Source: Candidatus Dojkabacteria bacterium (GTDB taxonomy: Bacteria; Patescibacteriota; Dojkabacteria; SC72). Taken from it: 64,000 bases of DNA. This document shows, in pieces, positions 57,573-64,000 of this stretch. The stretch covers positions 1,051 through 65,050 of the forward strand of contig DATERJ010000008.1 of NCBI GenBank assembly GCA_035271645.1, given 5' to 3'. Every line of letters starts with the position of its first letter. Position 1 is the first letter of the stretch. The notes under the pieces are model-generated. The model worked only from the letters and a program-made list of their open reading frames with translations. It was not told the DNA's origin and ran no database searches. A program made the position numbers and the translations under genes.

Positions 57573-58523
57573 ATGAAACTACTAATATACATGCCTGCCC
57601 TTAATGAAGAGAAAGGATTAGGTGGAGTAATCAAAGACCTACCTAAGAAGATAGATGGTATCGATGAGATAAAGACATTGGTTGTAGATGATGGGAGTAC
57701 GGATAGGACAGTTGAAATTGCAAGAGAAAATGGTGCAGATGTAATTAGTCATGGTACAAACAAGGGAGTAGGTAGTGCATTTCATAGTGCAGTAGAGTAT
57801 GCGTTGGATAATAGGGTGGATATCTTAGTGAGTATAGATGCTGATAGACAATTTAATAGTAAACAGATACCAGAGATAATTCAACCGGTATTAAAAAATG
57901 AGGCTGATATGGTTACAGGTGATAGATTCCATAGTGGTATTCCAGAGAATATGTCTAAGACAAAGTACTGGGGAAACAAACAGATGTCTAGGTTAATATC
58001 TTTAATTAGTGGGAAGAAGTTTAGGGATGTATCGTGTGGTTTTAGGGCATACAGTAGAGAAGCGCTGTTGAAGCTTAATCTGCTAGGTTCTTTTACATAT
58101 ACACAGGAGACTATTATGGATATGGTATTTAAAGAGATGAGGGTTGTTGAATATCCAGTAGATATTAAATATTTTAAGGAGAGGAAATCTAGGGTAGCAA
58201 ACAGTATTCTAAACTATATGTTTAGAACACTTAAGATTATTATTAGAACTCTTAGAGACTACAAACCCATGTTGTTCTTCGGCGGTATGGGGGGAATTAT
58301 GTTGTTATTGGGGTTGGGCTTAGAAATATTTCTCTTTGTACACTACTTTACTAAAGGTATGTTTTCTCCGTATAAGTCTGTTGGATTTATAGGGTTGGGT
58401 TTTTTGGTTTTCGGTTTACTTGTTTTTATAGTTGGCTTATTGGCAGATATGTTTAATAGGGTTAGGGTTAATCAAGAGAAAATACTATATGAATTAAAGA
58501 AGAGTAAGTATGAAGAAAGATAA
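57573..58523 (+). CDS. GT2 polyprenol-phosphate glycosyltransferase (DPM1-like) with C-terminal TMs
   Basis: PALNEE, VDDGSTD.T, IDAD.Q, DVSCGFRAY. Confidence 0.9.
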   Translation: MKLLIYMPALNEEKGLGGVIKDLPKKIDGIDEIKTLVVDDGSTDRTVEIARENGADVISHGTNKGVGSAFHSAVEYALDNRVDILVSIDADRQFNSKQIPEIIQPVLKNEADMVTGDRFHSGIPENMSKTKYWGNKQMSRLISLISGKKFRDVSCGFRAYSREALLKLNLLGSFTYTQETIMDMVFKEMRVVEYPVDIKYFKERKSRVANSILNYMFRTLKIIIRTLRDYKPMLFFGGMGGIMLLLGLGLEIFLFVHYFTKGMFSPYKSVGFIGLGFLVFGLLVFIVGLLADMFNRVRVNQEKILYELKKSKYEER

Positions 58524-59604
58524 AAAGATATATATTATTCTTGGTACTAGAGCTCAATTTATTAAAATGGCTCCTATTATGGCCGAGATGAAGGAGAGAA
58601 ATCTTCCTTACACTTTAATATATACAGCCCAGCACAGAGAGAATGTTCAAGAGATTTTAGATGTATATGGTCTTAGAAAACCGGATTTAAATATATATGA
58701 AGGGGAGGAGTCTAATACCATGTCTAAAGGTTTTAAATGGATGATTGATATGCTGTTTAAAGCCTTGTTTAAAGCTAAGAAATATTTACCAGAGAAGGGG
58801 ATTGTACTAACACATGGTGATACTTTTACAGCTTGGTTGGCAGCTTTAATGGGGAAAAGAGCTGGGTGTAGGGTAGGGCATGTGGAGTCAGGTCTGAGAT
58901 CTTTTAATATCTTTAGTCCTTTCCCTGAGGAAATTTCTAGGTTGATAACATTTAGATTTTCAGACATATATTTCTGTGCAGATGAGTGGTCTATGAATAA
59001 TCTTAGAAAGTATAAGGGAGAGAAAATAGATATTGGAGCTAATACGATGTTAGATGGTGTTAAATTTGCCGTAGATAGTAGAGCAAAAAAGAAGTTTGAT
59101 TTTCAGCAAGAACCTTATGTGCTTGTTTCAATACATAGGTATGAGAATATATTCAAAGATAGGTTTACAGATACAATTATTCCATATCTTAAAGATATTT
59201 CTAAAAAACATAGGTTGGTTGTGACGTTACATCCAACGACTAGGGAGAGATTAAAGAAATTAAATCTCTATGATGAATTGAATAATGAGGAACGTATTAT
59301 ATTACACAAAAGGTTTGATTTTGTAGATTGGATTAATGTTTGTAATGATGCTGAATTTGTAATATCTGATGGTGGTAGTAATCAAGAGGAGCTTAGTTAC
59401 CTTGGTGTTCCGACATTGTTGTTTAGAGATCACACGGAGAGAAAAGAAGGTTTAGGTGAGAATGTAGTTTTATCTATGTTTGATAAGAACTTAATAGATG
59501 ATTTTGTAGATAATTATAAAGATTATAAAAGAGAACCTCTTTTTAGTAAGATACATCCTAGTGCTAAGATAGTTGATTATTTACTTAGTGCAAGTGATAA
59601 GTAG
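58510..59604 (+). CDS. wecB: UDP-N-acetylglucosamine 2-epimerase
   Basis: GTRAQFIKMAP, HGDT, HVESGLRS, PFPEE, SDGGSNQEE, TERKEG. Confidence 0.9.
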   Translation: MKKDKKIYIILGTRAQFIKMAPIMAEMKERNLPYTLIYTAQHRENVQEILDVYGLRKPDLNIYEGEESNTMSKGFKWMIDMLFKALFKAKKYLPEKGIVLTHGDTFTAWLAALMGKRAGCRVGHVESGLRSFNIFSPFPEEISRLITFRFSDIYFCADEWSMNNLRKYKGEKIDIGANTMLDGVKFAVDSRAKKKFDFQQEPYVLVSIHRYENIFKDRFTDTIIPYLKDISKKHRLVVTLHPTTRERLKKLNLYDELNNEERIILHKRFDFVDWINVCNDAEFVISDGGSNQEELSYLGVPTLLFRDHTERKEGLGENVVLSMFDKNLIDDFVDNYKDYKREPLFSKIHPSAKIVDYLLSASDK

Positions 59605-60219
59605 TCTTGCTTTCTTAGAGGTGGGTAGTATGTTTAATATTCTTCTATAATGTGGCAAATACTTGACTTTGATGTTTTTATATCCGCATCTTTGAAGTAA
59701 GAGTTTATACTCATTAAAATTCCTTATACCTATGTGTCCTGAAGTTTGTGGGAGGATTCCTATATCCTTCATCCTTTCTAAGATAAAGTCTTTATTTGGT
59801 GTATGTATGATTAGTTGCCCCTTTTCTTTCATTGCCCCTTTAATCGCTGTATATATTTTTATAAACTCTCCATCCTCTATATGTTCAGAGAAATCTAGTG
59901 TAAATGACTTAGTGTATTTGTTAGGATTTTGCTTACAGAATTTCACGATATCCCCTTTGAAGAAGTATGTATTTTTTATTTCGTTTTCTTTTACCCATTC
60001 TTTACATTCTTTTATAAAAAGAGAGGATTTGTCCACACCGTTATATTCTTGGTAATTTTGGTTTAATGCTTTAGGGAGGAGTCCGTTACCACAGGCAAAA
60101 TCTCCGATTAAGTCTTTTTTTTCTACTTTTATATTTTCTAAAATGTTTTTTATCCTGTTACCAGGAGTTTTATGATAATGCTCAACATACTTCTTTGTTT
60201 CATAAATATCGGTGTTCAT
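59581..60219 (-). CDS. Class I SAM-dependent methyltransferase
   Basis: DFACGNG, GVD.S, EHIED, G.LIIHTPN. Confidence 0.88.
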   Translation of the reverse strand: MNTDIYETKKYVEHYHKTPGNRIKNILENIKVEKKDLIGDFACGNGLLPKALNQNYQEYNGVDKSSLFIKECKEWVKENEIKNTYFFKGDIVKFCKQNPNKYTKSFTLDFSEHIEDGEFIKIYTAIKGAMKEKGQLIIHTPNKDFILERMKDIGILPQTSGHIGIRNFNEYKLLLQRCGYKNIKVKYLPHYRRILNILPTSKKARLLITCTK

Positions 60220-60331
60220 AACCTTCTTGTTAAATTAAACTAAGAGATTATATTAGATATTATGTATAGAATTCAAACATTTACTTACTTGATGTATAAT
60301 ACATCATATATTTTTTATATTAGTTTGCTGA

Positions 60332-61306
60332 GTGAAAGAATTTTGGAAATACCTAAAAGTAGTTATAACGTTAGGCGTAGTAGCATATTTTGTATACTAT
60401 TTTTATAATAACAAATCAGATTTACTAGCCGTTTTTCATATATCTCCTAGTTATTTGATACTTGTTTTCTTCTTAGCATCTCTAACAATCTTTATTAATG
60501 GTGTCTTTATTAAAGTTATTCTTCAGTCTTTTAAGAAAGTTATTACTGTATTGGAGTCTTTTTATGTGTCCGTTATATCTTCATTGGGTAATTACTTCTT
60601 ACCTCTACATGGTGGTACAGTGATAAGATCTGTATATCTGAAAAAGAAATTTGATTTTCCATATGCACACTTTGTATCAACCTTATATGGTTATTATGTA
60701 GTAGTTTTTTTAGTTAACTCATTTATGGGTTTACTATCCTTAGCTTTCATTACTTTTAAATACGGTATCTCATCCCTTCCTTTGTATCTTTTCTTTGGTG
60801 GGTTGTTTATCACTATGTTAGTTTTAACATTTATTAAATTGCCTTCTAGAAAAGAAAGGAAGGGTAAGGTTAAGTTTTTGGATAAGGCTCTTGGAGTCTT
60901 GAATAAGATATCTGAAGGTTGGAATACGATTGTTGAGAATAAGAAATTATTATTAAATCTTGTAGGTATATCTTTAATATTCTTTATAGCAACGGGTATC
61001 CTTTATTATTTTCAGTTTAAAGCTCTAGGTATAGATGTTACTGTTATTAAGGTTCTTCTTTATAATTGTTTGTCAGGTGTTTCTTTATTAGTAAGTATTA
61101 CTCCTGGATCTTTAGGTATTAGAGAGGGGATATTTTCTATAACTTCTGATATACTTGGTATTAGTAATGAGCAGATTATGCAATTAGCATTATTGGATAG
61201 AGGGGTAATGTTGTTATGTTTGGTTGTGTTAGGGGTAGTATTATACTTGGTTAAAATGATTCTTGATAAAAAGAGTGCACTCACACAACCAATGGATACT
61301 AACTAA
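60332..61306 (+). CDS. UPF0104 / lysylphosphatidylglycerol synthase TM (putative flippase) family protein
   Basis: Multi-TM, GNYFLP..GG..IR, ITPGSLGIREG. Confidence 0.85.
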   Translation: MKEFWKYLKVVITLGVVAYFVYYFYNNKSDLLAVFHISPSYLILVFFLASLTIFINGVFIKVILQSFKKVITVLESFYVSVISSLGNYFLPLHGGTVIRSVYLKKKFDFPYAHFVSTLYGYYVVVFLVNSFMGLLSLAFITFKYGISSLPLYLFFGGLFITMLVLTFIKLPSRKERKGKVKFLDKALGVLNKISEGWNTIVENKKLLLNLVGISLIFFIATGILYYFQFKALGIDVTVIKVLLYNCLSGVSLLVSITPGSLGIREGIFSITSDILGISNEQIMQLALLDRGVMLLCLVVLGVVLYLVKMILDKKSALTQPMDTN

Positions 61307-62345
61307 GAATTTTCTTTAAAAAACTTCTTAGCTTAAGTGGGATTAGCTTTCTTCTAAGCTTTTCCCATATGGTATCTCTCATAAGTACCTCTATATTTTC
61401 AACCTGCCCTTCTCTGATAATGTCATAATTTGTATCTTTTGTATCTATGTTCATTTGTAAAATTTCTAAGTCTTTTTTATTTTTTAATATCTCATAAGTG
61501 TCTTCCCATTCTCCTGTTTGTTTTAATACTTGGAGAGCTACATATGCTTTCTCTATTCCCTGCGCATTTATTAGATACGAGAAACCGAGAGTGTAATTTT
61601 TGATTCTATCGTAATTTTTATCTTTTAAAGAATCGAGATATTTATCATACATTAGTAATAATTCTATCTTCATTCTCATTGTGTTTGTAGTTGTCTCATT
61701 TAGACCATGCCATCTATAATATGTAAGAATATTATCACATCTAGCAATCTTTATATGTGGTAACATTTTAAGCCATAGTTCTAGATCGTATGAGGTAATA
61801 AGGTTTGTATTAAACATCCCATATTCCTTAAATAAATAACTTTTGAGCATAACAGCAGATTTACATAGATAGTTCCCATTGAAAAATTTAAATTCTATAT
61901 TAGGACCAAAAATAATCTCTGGATTATATAAATTCCACCATAAATCAAAGAATTTATCTCCTGATTTTTGACCATTAGCATCTATTGCAGATACTTTAGT
62001 TGTTACCAAATCGTATCCTTTTTGCATCATCTCTATTTGTTCCTTTAATTTGTTTGGATGATATGAGTCATCTGCATCTAAGAAACAAATATATTCTCCT
62101 TTGGATAATTGGAATGCTTTATTTAATGTCTTAGTTACCCCACGGTTCTTTTGAGTATGAAGTTTGATTCTCTTGTCCTTGTATTCTTTTATTATGCTTA
62201 CAGATGAGTCTGTAGAACCATCATCTATAATTATAAGTTCCCAATTAGTGTATGTTTGTTGAAGGACTGAATCTATAGCAATCTTTATATAATTTTCATA
62301 ATTAAAAGAGGGCATTAATATACTGACTTTAGGATTCATATTCAT
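61299..62345 (-). CDS. Glycosyltransferase family 2
   Basis: PKVSILMPSFN, IIDDGSTD, FLDADD, D.ELWL. Confidence 0.92.
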   Translation of the reverse strand: MNMNPKVSILMPSFNYENYIKIAIDSVLQQTYTNWELIIIDDGSTDSSVSIIKEYKDKRIKLHTQKNRGVTKTLNKAFQLSKGEYICFLDADDSYHPNKLKEQIEMMQKGYDLVTTKVSAIDANGQKSGDKFFDLWWNLYNPEIIFGPNIEFKFFNGNYLCKSAVMLKSYLFKEYGMFNTNLITSYDLELWLKMLPHIKIARCDNILTYYRWHGLNETTTNTMRMKIELLLMYDKYLDSLKDKNYDRIKNYTLGFSYLINAQGIEKAYVALQVLKQTGEWEDTYEILKNKKDLEILQMNIDTKDTNYDIIREGQVENIEVLMRDTIWEKLRRKLIPLKLRSFLKKILS

Positions 62346-62409
62346 GTATAATGTTTAAATAATAACAATCTAATTATAAGTTTTGATTTGGAATAAAGCA
62401 ATTATAAAG

Positions 62410-63375
62410 ATGAATCACGAACGTAATAAACAATTTGTATATAGAGTTATCAATAAATCTCTAATAAATAAATATTGTGTAATTAAAAATAAAGCGAGCC
62501 TGAATGAAAGTGTTGAGTTAGTTTCAATAATTATGCTTAGCTTTAACAGGGTTGAAGATACGGTATTTTCTATTAAAAATATTTATAAGCACATTCATAT
62601 ACCTTTTGAATTGATTGTTTTTGACAATAATTCAGATGCAGAACAGTTAAAAATTTTAAGGAAATTTATAAAATCTTATAAAAATCTGAAGTTGATTGAA
62701 TCCAGCGAAAATCTTGGATGTGCAGGAGGGAGAGTAGAGGCTGTAAAGTCTGCGAAAGGAGAATACTATCTTTTCTTAGATAATGATATTGTAGTTACTC
62801 CTTATTGTGTTGAAAACCTTATTAATACTATCAACCTTGATAAAAAAACGGCCGCTGTTTGTTCCAAGGTTATTTTCCCAGATATGACAATTCAATTTAA
62901 TGGAGGGACCATGCTAGAAGATGCTCATTTCTATCGCTACAACCTTTTAGATAGTTTTAAGTTGTTCTGGGATAGGACAACTGTAAATAACTTTGTATCT
63001 TGTCCTTGGATACCAGGTGGTGCCACACTATGGAGGGCAAAGTATTACAAAAAATTTCCTATAGATCCTGAAATGCAAGGGAGCTTTGAAGACAACGAGG
63101 TATCAATACGTATCCATAAAGCAGGATACAAACTAAGGAATTGTCCTCGTTCAGTGATGATTCACTATCATGTAAATTTTAAGGATTTGGCTTTCAAAGA
63201 GAAAGAGAGGAGATACATGTCGGGGAGATATAACAATGAAAGGACGATAAAAGCATTGAGACATTTTTGGAAAAAGCATGAAAAAGGTTTTATTTTTGAT
63301 AATGAGGAAGCGACATATGGATTTTTGGGAGATTATAAGTATGAGAGTATTAAAAAGTTTTTATCGAGTAAATAA
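62410..63375 (+). CDS. Glycosyltransferase family 2
   Basis: VSIIMLSFN, FDNNS, NLGCAGGR, FLDND, FED.E. Confidence 0.9.
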   Translation: MNHERNKQFVYRVINKSLINKYCVIKNKASLNESVELVSIIMLSFNRVEDTVFSIKNIYKHIHIPFELIVFDNNSDAEQLKILRKFIKSYKNLKLIESSENLGCAGGRVEAVKSAKGEYYLFLDNDIVVTPYCVENLINTINLDKKTAAVCSKVIFPDMTIQFNGGTMLEDAHFYRYNLLDSFKLFWDRTTVNNFVSCPWIPGGATLWRAKYYKKFPIDPEMQGSFEDNEVSIRIHKAGYKLRNCPRSVMIHYHVNFKDLAFKEKERRYMSGRYNNERTIKALRHFWKKHEKGFIFDNEEATYGFLGDYKYESIKKFLSSK

Positions 63376-63391
63376 TATAAAATAAGATATC

Positions 63392-64000
63392 ATGTTAAGA
63401 AAGTTACAAATAAAATATAAAAGTATTTTTTTTATAATACTTTTTATCATATTATGTTCTTCCGTTACAGTTAGTGTTATTTATCCATCATTAAAATTCT
63501 TCATACTTGTTCCTATTGCTATATTCTCGGGATTAATATATCCATATTTGCTGAAAAGTATTATCCCTGTTAAAAATATTTTGACATATATAACCCTTTC
63601 CCTCTTTTTTGGCCTCTTTTTAAACTCTCTTCTTATTTTTATTATTGGGCTATTGGGTTTTTCTATTACGAAGATATTTCTAATATGCTATTTCGGAATT
63701 ATGATGTTTGTCCACATCTTGCTATTCACTATAAGAGTCCCAGAGGATGAAGTTAAACGATATATTCAGAATTTCAAACCGCAAATTACAGATATGGTGT
63801 GGATAGTTATTTTTTCTATTTCCTTTGTCTTTTTCCTCCAACTTTGTACTGAAAGATATTTTCCTAACTGGGACAATTTCACTTATTGGGCAATAGACTC
63901 TAAGTATATATTCGAAACAGGAAGTCTCTATGGTCGCTCCCTAGACCTTTTGGAGAAATTCTACCTACCTTTTTATCCATTACAATTGAGCTATGTCTAT
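63392..64000 (+). CDS. Multi-TM protein, probable GT-C glycosyltransferase, 3'-truncated by window edge
   Basis: Own translation, open to the window end: MLRKLQIKYKSIFF...PNWDNFTYWAIDSKYIF...; WD...YW...K after TM segments. Confidence 0.65.
   Translation, partial: MLRKLQIKYKSIFFIILFIILCSSVTVSVIYPSLKFFILVPIAIFSGLIYPYLLKSIIPVKNILTYITLSLFFGLFLNSLLIFIIGLLGFSITKIFLICYFGIMMFVHILLFTIRVPEDEVKRYIQNFKPQITDMVWIVIFSISFVFFLQLCTERYFPNWDNFTYWAIDSKYIFETGSLYGRSLDLLEKFYLPFYPLQLSYVY

Noticed and set aside
863-60055. Numerous 60-230 aa ORFs antisense to or inside identified genes (e.g. 10494-11174, 15018-15524, 53023-53697)
   Set aside because: Shadow frames of well-supported genes with Ser/Ile/Phe-rich mirror composition and no motifs.

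Overview
Low-GC, gene-dense bacterial chromosome segment using genetic code 11. Gene content suggests a reduced Patescibacteria/CPR-type genome, possibly Dojkabacteria-like (inference only). Core content: ftsEX plus a coiled-coil/M23 protein, prfB, gpmI, uppP, ftsQ-ftsA-ftsZ-rodA, rplU/rpmA, parAB, lepB, trmD, lysS, serS, cysS, miaA, divergent secDF, four tRNAs (Phe, Gly, Glu, Pro), a toxin-first type II TA pair and a ~13 kb surface-glycan locus running off the right edge. I saw no CRISPR array, rRNA, integrase or transposase. The most striking unexplained structure is a pair of unrelated orphan-gene cassettes (about 1129-2580 and 23978-25352) with the same RNA-level layout. In order: promoter, 5' hairpin, rRNA-type boxA-like motif (its G exactly 30 nt after the TATAAT in both), a 5' arm complementary to the sequence at the last stop codon ~1.25-1.3 kb downstream, ORFs with strong Shine-Dalgarno sites, and a large terminal hairpin. 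Most housekeeping genes here lack an SD and several look leaderless. Other leads: a circularly permuted M23 domain, a candidate peptide / SAM-enzyme / LuxN-like kinase signalling module, a promoter-driven small RNA candidate, and a REP-like palindrome pair. All pairings and counts were done by hand; no database searches were run.
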